A program made the translations under genes and the position numbers. From Clostridia bacterium (GTDB lineage Bacteria > Bacillota > Clostridia > TANB77 > CAG-508), in contig JAFSBT010000009.1 of NCBI GenBank assembly GCA_017437145.1, positions 7,234 through 71,233 on the forward strand: DNA of 64,000 nt, read 5' to 3'. The notes under the pieces are model-generated. The model was not told where the DNA came from. It was given only the letters and a program-made list of their open reading frames with translations, and ran no database searches. Of this stretch, positions 19,245 through 28,848 are shown piece by piece. Position 1 is the first letter of the stretch, and every line of letters starts with the position of its first letter.

Positions 19245-20574
19245 ATGGCAAAACCAATGGTTGCAATAGTAGGAAGACCTAATGTTGGAAAATCAACATT
19301 TTTTAATTATATAGTTGGTAAAAGATTATCTATAGTAAAAGATGAACCTGGTGTTACTAGAGATAGAATTTATGCTGAAGCAAATTGGCGAGGAAGAGAT
19401 TTTACTTTAGTTGATACTGCAGGTATTGAAACAGGTACAAAAGATACAATATTAAATCAGATGAAAGAACAAGCTAACATTGCCATTAGTATAGCCGATG
19501 TAATAGTTTTTGTTACAGATATTAATCAAGGTATAACACCACAAGATGAAGTAGTTGCAACGATGATAAGAAAAACAAGTAAACCAGTAGTTTTAGTATG
19601 TAATAAAGCAGATAATATAGGTAAAATGAAAGATGACATTTATGAATTCTATAATTTAGGATTTGATACACCTTATCCAGTATCTTCAACAAATGCGCTA
19701 GGAATAGGAGATGTTTTAGATGCTATATATGAAAATTTACCACCTCAAGAAGAAAATGAAAATGATGACGATATTATAAATGTAGCAGTTATAGGTAAGC
19801 CTAATGTTGGAAAATCATCTTTGGTAAATAAAATTTTAGGTGAGAATAGAGTAATTGTGAGTGATGTAGCAGGTACAACTAGAGATGCAATAGATTCATA
19901 TTTTGAAAATCAAACTGGTAAATATAATTTTATAGATACAGCTGGGATTAGAAGAAAATCTAAAATAAATGAATCAATAGAAAAATTTAGCATAATGAGG
20001 TCTTTATTAGCTGTAGAAAGAGCTGATGTATGCTTACTATTAATAGATGCAACAGAAGGTGTTACTGAACAAGATACAAAAATTGCAGGAGAAGCTCATG
20101 AAGCAGGAAAAGGAATTATTATTGTAATAAATAAATGGGATGAAATAGAGAAAGAAACAGGTACATTAGAAAAATATAAAAAAGAAGTATATACAAAACT
20201 TGCATATTTGACATATGCACCAGTGCTTTTCATATCAGCAAAAACACGGACAAAGAGTTGATAAATTGTTTGAACTAATAAAAATGGTAGCAAATAATAA
20301 CTCTTTGAGAATACCTACAGGAACATTAAATCAAGTAATAAATGAAGCAATTGCTGTTGTACAACCACCAACAGATAAAGGAAAGAGATTAAAAATATTA
20401 TATATTACTCAAGCAAGTACTAAACCACCAACATTTGTAATATTTGTAAATAATAAAGAACTATTCCATTTTTCATATCAAAGATATCTAGTAAATAATT
20501 TAAGAAACAATTTTTCTTTTGAAGGTACACCAATTAGAATAATTGCAAGAGAAAAGGGAGAAAAAGAAGAATAA
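19245..20574 (+). CDS. der: ribosome-associated GTPase Der/EngA; intact only with a +1 shift at CGG_A 20247-20250
   Basis: Two G domains (GRPNVGKST, GKPNVGKSS). The junction reads FISAKT|GQRVDKLFELI, the conserved KH-domain entry. Confidence 0.88.
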
Positions 20575-20594
20575 TATAAAAGGAGGAATTTAAT

Positions 20595-21209
20595 ATGGCA
20601 CCATTTATTATAGTTATACTTGCATCATATTTAATTGGAAGTATTAGTTTTTCAATTATAATAAGCAAAAGAGTTGCAGGAATTGATGTGAGAGAAAAAG
20701 GAAGCGGAAATGCTGGAACAACAAATGTATTAAGAAGTGTAGGTAAAGGAGCTGCTGCATTAACTTTACTTGGAGATGTTTCAAAAGGAGTTGTAGCAAT
20801 TTTATTAGCTATGCTTGTAGGTGTTATTTGGAAAGATGTAGATGTACTTACATTAAAATATTTAGCAGGATTTATGGCTATAGTAGGACATACATATCCA
20901 GTATTTTTCGGATTTAAAGGTGGAAAGGGTGTAGCTACTGCGTTAGGAGTTTTACTAATGCTTAACTGGAAAATTGGACTAATTTGCTTAATTTTTGCAA
21001 TAGTAATAATAGCTGTTACAAGAATGGTATCGGTAGGCTCACTTTTAGCGGCAATTTTATTTCCGATTTTAATAATTTTCATGGAAGGTGAAAAAAGTTT
21101 TGGAATGATTTTAGTTAGTGTATTGATAGCATTATTAGTAATATTTAATCATAGAAGTAATATAAAAAGAATAAGAGAAGGAAACGAAAATAAATTAAGT
21201 TTTAAATAA
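20595..21209 (+). CDS. plsY: glycerol-3-phosphate acyltransferase PlsY
   Basis: GSGNAGTTNVLR, GFKGGKGVAT motifs. Confidence 0.93.
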   Translation: MAPFIIVILASYLIGSISFSIIISKRVAGIDVREKGSGNAGTTNVLRSVGKGAAALTLLGDVSKGVVAILLAMLVGVIWKDVDVLTLKYLAGFMAIVGHTYPVFFGFKGGKGVATALGVLLMLNWKIGLICLIFAIVIIAVTRMVSVGSLLAAILFPILIIFMEGEKSFGMILVSVLIALLVIFNHRSNIKRIREGNENKLSFK

Positions 21210-21218
21210 GGAGGCCAT

Positions 21219-22205
21219 ATGTCTAACATATCAATTATAGGTAGCGGAAGTTGGGGAACAGCTTTAGCGATTCATCTATCAAAAAACATGCATAATATAA
21301 AGATGTGGTCATATTCAAAAGAAGAAGCAGACATGATTAACAATGAAAAAAAATGCAAATTCTTACCTGAAGTTAATTTGCCTGAGAATATTTACTGTAC
21401 TTTAGATTTTAAGGAAGCAATAGATAACACTGAGATTCTTTTAATAGTGACACCTTCAAAATTTGTAAGAGAAACTGTAAGAAATTTTAAACAATATATA
21501 ACTAATCAAAAAATAATAATATGTTCAAAAGGATTTGAAGAAGAAACTTTATATACTTTAAATGAAGTAGTTGAAGAGGAACTTCCAAATTCAAAAATAG
21601 CAGGACTTTCAGGACCTAGTCATGCTGAAGAAGTTGCTGTAGGAATACCAACAGCTTTAGTAATTGCATCAAAACATATAGATTTAATAGAGGAAACTCA
21701 AAATATTTTTGCAAATGAAAATTTAAGAATTTATGCATCAACAGATATTAAGGGAGCTGAACTTGGAGGAGCGTTAAAAAATATAATGGCTCTATGTTCA
21801 GGTATTGTAACAGGATTAAATTTAGGAGATAATACAATAGCTGCAATGCTTACAAGAGGACTTTCAGAAATGGCTAAATTAAGCATGGCTATGGGCGGAA
21901 AAACAGAAACAATTTATGGATTAACAGGTTTAGGTGATTTAATAGTTACATGCTTAAGTAATCATAGCAGAAATAGAAGAGCTGGAATTTTATTAGGACA
22001 AGGAAAAACAATAGATGAAGCAAAAAAAGAAATTGGCATGGTAATAGAGAGTATAGATAATATAAAAACTGCTTATTTATTATCAGAAAAATATAATGTA
22101 GAAATGCCTATAGTAAATACCGTTTACGAAATTTTATTTAATAATTTAGAACCTATTAAAGCAGTTCAAATTTTAATGAATAGAGAACTGAAATTTGAAG
22201 ATTAA
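21219..22205 (+). CDS. gpsA: NAD(P)H-dependent glycerol-3-phosphate dehydrogenase
   Basis: GSGSWGTALA N-terminus, GALKNIMA motif. Confidence 0.93.
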   Translation: MSNISIIGSGSWGTALAIHLSKNMHNIKMWSYSKEEADMINNEKKCKFLPEVNLPENIYCTLDFKEAIDNTEILLIVTPSKFVRETVRNFKQYITNQKIIICSKGFEEETLYTLNEVVEEELPNSKIAGLSGPSHAEEVAVGIPTALVIASKHIDLIEETQNIFANENLRIYASTDIKGAELGGALKNIMALCSGIVTGLNLGDNTIAAMLTRGLSEMAKLSMAMGGKTETIYGLTGLGDLIVTCLSNHSRNRRAGILLGQGKTIDEAKKEIGMVIESIDNIKTAYLLSEKYNVEMPIVNTVYEILFNNLEPIKAVQILMNRELKFED

Positions 22206-22483
22206 TAAGGATATCTTTCAAAAATATATTTAATTATTTTGTTAACATTATTATCATTTACATTTAAATAAAAATTAGAATCTAATTGAATCCACATATT
22301 TATTTGGTATTTATCGTTATTATCGATAAATACACCAATAATATCTGCAACTTGAGTTGGATTATCATATTTAATTTCCCATTTTAAATCATCTGAAATG
22401 GGAAAATTTTTATTATAATAGCTTCCTAAAAAATTTTTAATTTCATTTTTTTTTGTACTATATAAATTTACAGAAATACTCAT
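22202..22483 (-). CDS. hypothetical 93-aa protein
   Basis: Convergent with gpsA. Native AT-rich codon usage. No family recognised. Confidence 0.4.
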   Translation of the reverse strand: MSISVNLYSTKKNEIKNFLGSYYNKNFPISDDLKWEIKYDNPTQVADIIGVFIDNNDKYQINMWIQLDSNFYLNVNDNNVNKIIKYIFERYPY

Positions 22484-22587
22484 TTTAATTTATCACCTTT
22501 AATAAATAGTATTTCAAAATAATTGTTTCATATACAATAGAATAAAAGGTAAAATTTCGTAAATAATAGTTAATAGGTGATTTTAGT

Positions 22588-23496
22588 ATGGCGAAATTTA
22601 GAAAAACTATTTATATATTAATATTAGTAATATCAATTTTTTTATTAAGTGGATGTGATGATAATCAACTTGAAAATGATTATAGTGATACAAAAGAAAA
22701 AGTTATAGAAGAAATGAGATATTTGGATACAAGAATTGTGGATATTTTAAATAGTTTAAATAATATTACTTTAGAAAATTATTCTGTATCATCTAAAGAA
22801 ATTACAACAACAACTCAATCTACACAAGGGTCAGGACAAGATAGTGAAGGAAAATCAGAAACAAGCACTACAAATGCACAAGGTAGTTCATCATCAAGTT
22901 CAAGTACGGAAAATTCATCAAAGGATGAAAAAATATCAGTTTCTGAAATGGAAAGAGAAGCTGTAATATTAACAGATGTAAATGATGTAGACTGGAAAAA
23001 CATAAAAAATCAGATTGAATTAATAAATTCATTTTGGGCTATAATAGCAATAGATTTATATAGTTTTAATGTGAACAATGAAGATATAACAGGATTTAAT
23101 ACAGCATTAGATAAAGCAATTTTAAGTATAAAAGAAGAAAACAAAGAAGAAGCCTTAACTAATTTGACAGAAATGTATTCATATATTCCAAGATATTTAA
23201 AAGCTATATCGGCAGAAAATAGCATACAAAATATATATCAAACAAAGGAACATATTTTAAGAGCATATTCGCTAGTTGAAAAAAATGATTGGGGTACGAT
23301 AACAACAAGTGTAAATGAAGCAAGAAACAGTTTTAATAATATAATGAGTGATACAGGTTATACAAATAAAAATAAATATAAAGTTGATAAGGCATATATT
23401 CTAATAAATGATTTGATTTCTGCAATTCCTAATAATGATGCTACAATATTTTATATGAAATATAAAAATGTGATTCAGGCTTTAAACGTAATGTAG
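22588..23496 (+). CDS. lipoprotein with Ser/Thr-rich linker
   Basis: Signal peptide with lipobox LLSGC. Confidence 0.6.
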   Translation: MAKFRKTIYILILVISIFLLSGCDDNQLENDYSDTKEKVIEEMRYLDTRIVDILNSLNNITLENYSVSSKEITTTTQSTQGSGQDSEGKSETSTTNAQGSSSSSSSTENSSKDEKISVSEMEREAVILTDVNDVDWKNIKNQIELINSFWAIIAIDLYSFNVNNEDITGFNTALDKAILSIKEENKEEALTNLTEMYSYIPRYLKAISAENSIQNIYQTKEHILRAYSLVEKNDWGTITTSVNEARNSFNNIMSDTGYTNKNKYKVDKAYILINDLISAIPNNDATIFYMKYKNVIQALNVM

Positions 23497-23534
23497 GTGT
23501 TTGACAAAACAGGTCATTTATATTAAAATAAATA

Positions 23535-23881
23535 GTAGAGTTATTTGAACAGTCGCTGGTAAAAATCGCAAGGTTTTACGAGAGGAAAGTCCGGGCTCCA
23601 TAGAGCAATGATGCTGGATAACGTCCAGTGAGGGCAACCTTAAGGAAAGTGCAACAGAAAATAACGGCCTAACAAGGCAAAGGTGAAAAGGCGAGGTAAG
23701 AGCTCACCGCTACTATGGTGACATAGTAGGTCAATGCAAACCCCATCTGGAGCAACACCTAAGTACAAGAAGGTTAAGACTGCTCGTCATCTTCTTAAAT
23801 TGGTGGCTTGAGGTATATAGTAATATATATCCTAGATAAATGACTGTTTTAAACAGAACCCGGCTTATAGATTAACTCTAC
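23535..23881 (+). ncRNA. rnpB: RNase P RNA, type B (Firmicute type)
   Basis: GAGGAAAGTCCGGGCTCCATAGAGCA, GGTAAGAGCTCACC, ACAGAACCCGGCTTA conserved blocks. P1 pairs GTAGAGTTA with TTAACTCTAC. Confidence 0.9.
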
Positions 23882-23976
23882 ATGAAAGAATATAGGTAAA
23901 CCTGTATTCTTTCTTTTTGTTTAAATTTTTATTATTAAAAGACAATAATAGATTAACAGATATTATTAAAGTTCTC

Positions 23977-24071
23977 AGGTGTGAAGTGCGAGGTATGAGG
24001 TGCGATTATAGGCGCGTTTTTCATAGAATTCACCCAAATTTCACACTTCCAACTTCACATTTCTCACTTCA
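23977..24071. repeat. family-B heptamer-arm inverted repeat
   Basis: GTGAAGTG/CGAGGTA/TGAGGTG arm facing CACACTT/CCAACTT/CACATTT/CTCACTT. Confidence 0.7.
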
Positions 24072-24201
24072 AAAAATATAAATCAAATTTTATATTTGCA
24101 AATTAATATTACATTTATATTACAAATTAGAAGCTTGTCTTGAATAAAAAAATATATTGTGATATATAAAATATATGATATAAAAGAGAGGAAGTTAACC
24201 A

Positions 24202-24516
24202 ATGAAAGAAGTTAAAAATTGGAGAGCAATTCTTATAGAAGAGGGGAAAATTGTTACAGCAATTCCTTTGCCAGGATGTATTATTGAAGGAGAACTTGAG
24301 GATGAGGAAAAGAAATTTCTAACTTTAGATGTTGATTTATCAGCATTAACATTTACTACACCAAATTATCAAAAATATAGATTATCTGGTGCTAGACAAG
24401 ACTATTTAACAACATTAAATCAATTTATTGAAATTGGAAAAAGTAAAGATATTACAATACCAGATATAAACATTGAAACTTTAGGAATAGAAAAAAGTGA
24501 AGGGTATGAAAGATAA
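24202..24516 (+). CDS. hypothetical 104-aa protein, translationally coupled to the HD-GYP gene
   Basis: GAGAGGAAG RBS. TAATG overlap with the next gene. Confidence 0.5.
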   Translation: MKEVKNWRAILIEEGKIVTAIPLPGCIIEGELEDEEKKFLTLDVDLSALTFTTPNYQKYRLSGARQDYLTTLNQFIEIGKSKDITIPDINIETLGIEKSEGYER

Positions 24517-25184
24517 TGGAAGAAAATAATTTATATGAAGAGTTATCTGAAACAATAAAAAAACAAATTGATAAATTAGATGAATTAGATATTTATACAA
24601 GTAATCATATTCATAATGTGCCAATAATTGCTAAGAGAATATGTGAAAAATTAGAACTTTCTAAAATAGCAATTACTTTCTGTGTGAGATGTGCATATTT
24701 ACATGATATTGGCAAAATATTTATACCACCAGAAATTTTACAAAAGAAAGAAAGATTAACAGAAGAAGAATTTGAAATAATGAAAACTCATACAACAAAA
24801 GGCTATGAATTATGCAAGGCAACAGAACATCTCGCTCCATATGCTAAAGGAGCAAAATCACATCATGAAAATGGTGACGGTACAGGTTATCCAGAAAGAT
24901 TGAAAGATGGAAGTATACCAACTGAAGCAGAAATAATAAAAGTTGCAGATGTTTATGATGCTTTAATTAGTAGAAGACAATATAGAGATGGCTATAATAG
25001 AAAAACAGCAATACAAATTTTAAAAGAAGAAACTGATAAAAAACGTTTAAATAGAAAAATTTTTAAAGCACTATTAAAAGTGATTTTAGAAGATATAGAA
25101 GAAGACAAAAAGAAAGAAGATAGAGATTTAAGAACATTATTAACACAACAACACTATATAAATAATATTTTACAAATATATTGA
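24516..25184 (+). CDS. stand-alone HD-GYP domain phosphodiesterase
   Basis: HDIGK ... HHENGDGTGYP motifs. Confidence 0.8.
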   Translation: MEENNLYEELSETIKKQIDKLDELDIYTSNHIHNVPIIAKRICEKLELSKIAITFCVRCAYLHDIGKIFIPPEILQKKERLTEEEFEIMKTHTTKGYELCKATEHLAPYAKGAKSHHENGDGTGYPERLKDGSIPTEAEIIKVADVYDALISRRQYRDGYNRKTAIQILKEETDKKRLNRKIFKALLKVILEDIEEDKKKEDRDLRTLLTQQHYINNILQIY

Positions 25185-25229
25185 TTTTTATAAAAAAAAA
25201 TGATAAAATGCATTTCTAATATGAAAAAC

Positions 25230-25467
25230 TATGAAAAAGAGGAGTATGATTTAAACTGCTTTACAGAAAAAAGAAGCCAGCGGCTGAGAGCTTCTTTAAG
25301 AAAGAAAATCAGAAGGTAGCTTTGGAGTTGATTAACTGAAAAATAGTAGTAAGTTAATTCGTAAATCTGCGTTAAAGATGTAAGAGACATATAAATTATT
25401 AATTTATATAAATTTAGGTGGTACCGTGAGCAAAAGCTTGCCCTATATAATAGGGCGAGCTTTTTTA
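25230..25467 (+). promoter_or_regulatory. T-box leader controlling valS
   Basis: T-box sequence AATTTAGGTGGTACCGTG at 25411-25428. Terminator AAGCTTGCCCT-loop-AGGGCGAGCTTTTTT. A GUA (Val) specifier is plausible at gaaGGTAGc, but the 5' boundary is approximate. Confidence 0.8.
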
Positions 25468-25533
25468 GTTAATAGTTAAGAGTGAATAGTGAATAATGAA
25501 AATTGTGGGGGGCGGGTCCTGTGTCCGCCTGTG
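25467..25533. repeat. heptamer arm plus family-A half element
   Basis: tagttaa/tagttaa/gagtgaa/tagtgaa/taatgaa then TGTGGGGGGCGGGTCCTGTGTCCGCCTGTG. Confidence 0.65.
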
Positions 25534-25577
25534 AAAATATATAACAATTTTTTTTATAAAATAAAGGAGGAAGAAAT

Positions 25578-28229
25578 ATGTGCGAAAAATGTAATCACAA
25601 TTTAGAGGGGAAATATACCCCACAAGAATTTGAAGATGAGATTTATAATGAATGGGAGAAAAATGGATATTTTAAACCAAGTATGGATAAGACAAAAGAA
25701 AGCTATTGTATAATGATGCCTCCTCCAAATGTAACAGGAAAATTACACATGGGACATGCATTAGATGGAACATTACAAGATATTTTAATTAGATATAAAA
25801 GAATGCAAGGATATAATACATTATGGCTTCCAGGAACAGACCATGCTGCAATATCAACGGAAGTAAAAATCATAGAAAAATTATCTAAAGAAGGAATTAA
25901 TAAACTAGATTTAGGTAGGGAAAAATTTTTAGAAAAAGCCTGGGAATGGACTGAAGAATATGGAGGAACAATTGTAAAACAGCAAAAGAAATTAGGTTGT
26001 AGTGCAGATTGGGAACGTTCTAGATTTACAATGGATGAAGGTCTATCAAATGCGGTTCTTACAGTCTTTAAAAAACTTTATGATAAAGGATATATTTATA
26101 AAGGAAAAAGAATGATAAACTGGTGCCCATGCTGTAATACATCAATTTCAGATGCTGAAGTTGAATATGAGGAAGAACCAACAAAATTATGGCATATAAG
26201 ATACAAAATAGTAGGAGAAGAAGATAGATATTTAACAGTAGCAACAACAAGACCTGAAACAATGCTTGGTGATACAGCTGTTGCAGTACATCCAGATGAT
26301 GAAAGATATAAAGATATTATAGGAAAGAAATGTATATTACCTATAATGAATAAAGAAATTCCAATTATTGCAGATGAATTTGTTGAAATGGAATTCGGTA
26401 CAGGATGTGTTAAAATTACTCCTGCACATGATCCTAATGATTATCAAGCAGGTATAAAACACAATCTAGAAATAATAGAAGTATTTGATGAAGATTTTAA
26501 AATGGGAGACTTGCTTGAAAAATACAAAGGTATGGATTTATATGAAGCAAGAGAAAAAATCGTTGAAGAATTAAAAGAAATTGGAAGCTTAGTTAAAATA
26601 GAAGATTATACACATAATGTTGCAAAACATGATAGATGTAAAGCTACAATAGAACCAAAAGTTTCTATGCAATGGTTTGTAAAAATGACTGAAATGGCTA
26701 AACCTGCAATAGAAGCAGTTAAAGATGGAACTACAAAATTTGTTCCTAAGAAGTTTGAAGCAACATATTTTAACTGGCTTAATAATATTCAAGATTGGTG
26801 TATTTCTCGTCAACTATGGTGGGGACATCAAATACCAGCGTATTATTGTGATGAATGTGGAGAAGTAAATGTTGATGTAAAAGCTCCAGAAAAATGTTCA
26901 AAATGTGGTAGCATAAAATTAACACAAGACCCAGATACCCTAGATACATGGTTTAGCTCAGCTTTATGGCCTTTTTCTACACTAGGATGGCCAGAAAAAA
27001 CAGAAGATTTTGAAACATTCTATCCTACAAATACATTAGTAACAGGATATGATATAATATTTTTCTGGGTTGTAAGAATGATGTTTTCAGCGTTAGAACA
27101 AACAGGAGAAGTACCTTTTAAAGATATATTTATACATGGAATTGTAAGAGACAGTTTAGGAAGAAAAATGTCAAAATCTTTAGGAAATGGAATTGATCCT
27201 TTAGAGATAATAGAGAAGTATGGTGCTGATAGTTTAAGATTCTCGTTAATATCAGGAACATCAAGTGGAAATGACATGAGATTTTTGCCAGAAAAAATAG
27301 AAGCGGCTGGAAATTTTGCTAATAAAATATGGAATGCGGCTAAATTTGTTTTAATGAATTTAGAAGATTACGATGAAAATTATGAAATAGATTATAATAA
27401 TTTAAAAGAAGAAGATAAATGGATATTATCAAAATTAAATACATTAGCAAAAGAAGTTGAAATTAATATTAATAATTATGACTTAGGAGTTGCTATTGAT
27501 AAAATACAAGGATTTATATGGAATGAATTTTGTGATTGGTATATTGAAATTGTAAAAACAAGATTATACGCAAAAGAAGATGCATCAAGAACTGTAGCAC
27601 AATATGTATTAAATAAAGTATTAGGAGATTCATTAAAATTATTACATCCATTTATGCCTTTCGTTACAGAAAAAATATATAAACAATTATATAATAATGA
27701 TAAAACAATAATGATAGCAAGTTATCCCAAATATATTAAAGAACTAGACTTTAAAGATGCAGAAAAAAATATTGAGCAAATAAAAGAAGCTATTGTTGGA
27801 ATAAGAAATGTAAGAACAAAAATGAATGTACATCCAGCAAAGAAATCTACTTTAATATTTATAACTAAAGAATATGGAACATTTATACAAGATTCAGCTG
27901 AATTTATAAAGAAATTAGGATTTGCTGAAAATATTGAAATAAGAGAAGAAAGAATTGATATTCCTAAAAATGCTGTTAATGTTGTAACTTCAGAACTTGA
28001 AATATTTATACCATTTGAAGATTTAGTAGATATTAAAGAAGAAATAGCAAGATTAGAAAAAGAAAAAGAAAAAATATTAGTTGAAAAAGCAAAAACTGAT
28101 AAAATGTTATCAAGTGAAGGATTTATTGCAAAAGCACCACCAGCAAAAGTAGAAGAAGAAAGACAAAAACTTGTAAAATTCAATGAGATGATAGAAACAA
28201 TAGATGAAAGAATAAAAGGTTTAAAATAA
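25578..28229 (+). CDS. valS: valine--tRNA ligase
   Basis: 883 aa. PPPNVTGKLHMGH and KMSKS motifs. Coiled-coil C-terminus. Confidence 0.97.
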   Translation: MCEKCNHNLEGKYTPQEFEDEIYNEWEKNGYFKPSMDKTKESYCIMMPPPNVTGKLHMGHALDGTLQDILIRYKRMQGYNTLWLPGTDHAAISTEVKIIEKLSKEGINKLDLGREKFLEKAWEWTEEYGGTIVKQQKKLGCSADWERSRFTMDEGLSNAVLTVFKKLYDKGYIYKGKRMINWCPCCNTSISDAEVEYEEEPTKLWHIRYKIVGEEDRYLTVATTRPETMLGDTAVAVHPDDERYKDIIGKKCILPIMNKEIPIIADEFVEMEFGTGCVKITPAHDPNDYQAGIKHNLEIIEVFDEDFKMGDLLEKYKGMDLYEAREKIVEELKEIGSLVKIEDYTHNVAKHDRCKATIEPKVSMQWFVKMTEMAKPAIEAVKDGTTKFVPKKFEATYFNWLNNIQDWCISRQLWWGHQIPAYYCDECGEVNVDVKAPEKCSKCGSIKLTQDPDTLDTWFSSALWPFSTLGWPEKTEDFETFYPTNTLVTGYDIIFFWVVRMMFSALEQTGEVPFKDIFIHGIVRDSLGRKMSKSLGNGIDPLEIIEKYGADSLRFSLISGTSSGNDMRFLPEKIEAAGNFANKIWNAAKFVLMNLEDYDENYEIDYNNLKEEDKWILSKLNTLAKEVEININNYDLGVAIDKIQGFIWNEFCDWYIEIVKTRLYAKEDASRTVAQYVLNKVLGDSLKLLHPFMPFVTEKIYKQLYNNDKTIMIASYPKYIKELDFKDAEKNIEQIKEAIVGIRNVRTKMNVHPAKKSTLIFITKEYGTFIQDSAEFIKKLGFAENIEIREERIDIPKNAVNVVTSELEIFIPFEDLVDIKEEIARLEKEKEKILVEKAKTDKMLSSEGFIAKAPPAKVEEERQKLVKFNEMIETIDERIKGLK

Positions 28230-28258
28230 CAATTTTCATATAAATAATTAAGTACAAA

Positions 28259-28297
28259 CGTTGTAGGGGCGACCATTGGTCGTCCGCACTTCGTAGA
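28259..28297. repeat. family-A half element
   Basis: GTTGTAGGGGCGACCATTGGTCGTCCGCACTTCGTAGA, near-identical to 52483-52520. Confidence 0.75.
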
Positions 28298-28329
28298 CAT
28301 AGCTATATATTCTAATTTATATAAACTCA

Positions 28330-28427
28330 AGCTAAAATATTAATTTTTGAAAATGAATTCTCATTTGTCAAAAATTAATTATTTTAGCTTTTAAAATTTG
28401 ACTGAAAATTCTTCAATTTTCAGTCAA
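28330..28427. terminator. two AT-rich perfect hairpins 3' of valS
   Basis: AGCTAAAATATTAATTTTTGA-17nt-TCAAAAATTAATTATTTTAGCT and TTGACTGAAAATT-CTTC-AATTTTCAGTCAA. Confidence 0.5.
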
Positions 28428-28597
28428 TCGATAATAGTTTTTTTTGAAAATTAAATTAACTGCCCGAGGATTTAATAAAATCCAAAATTCAACTACCAAA
28501 ATCCAAAATCAAAACTCAAAAAAATATTGACAATATTACTGTAAACCCTTAAAATATATTTAAGATAAACAAAAGAAAAAAAGGAGTACAAAAAACA

Positions 28598-28720
28598 ATG
28601 AGACACGTAATCTTAGAGGCTGTACACACACACACACACACACAGATAATCGGATTTAATGAAATAAAACATAAAGACATGATGTATTTATGTGATTTTG
28701 TTGCATGCAAAATTATATAA
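28598..28720 (+). CDS. 40-codon sORF carrying an (AC)10 tract
   Basis: Promoter TTGACA-17-TAAAAT (28527-28555), RBS AAAGGAG, ATG 28598. The frame depends on the repeat number. Confidence 0.35.
   Translation: MRHVILEAVHTHTHTQIIGFNEIKHKDMMYLCDFVACKII
28624..28644. repeat. (AC)10 dinucleotide microsatellite
   Basis: acacacacacacacacacaca read directly from the sequence. Confidence 0.95.
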
Positions 28721-28757
28721 ATAGGGCATGTCTTATTTTGTTGCACGCAAATATTGC

Positions 28758-28808
28758 TGTAGGGGTCGGTCTTGATCGACCCATGGCAGGTTGAGACCTG
28801 CCCCTACA
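28758..28808. repeat. family-A full element
   Basis: TGTAGGGGTCGGTCTTGATCGACCC ATGGCAGGTTGAGACCTGCCCCTACA. Confidence 0.75.
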
Positions 28809-28848
28809 AAGAAATGCCAATAACAAACAAAAGAAGGAGAGGAAACAG

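Noticed and set aside
20534-21082. 182-aa minus-strand ORF opposite plsY.
   Set aside because: It is a shadow ORF of plsY, which has unmistakable motifs. It has no start context.
27722-28330. 202-aa minus-strand ORF overlapping the 3' end of valS and a family-A repeat.
   Set aside because: It is antisense to a strongly supported gene. Its S/I/F-rich low-complexity composition is typical of the shadow frame of AT-rich Lys/Glu-rich coding sequence. It has no RBS or promoter.
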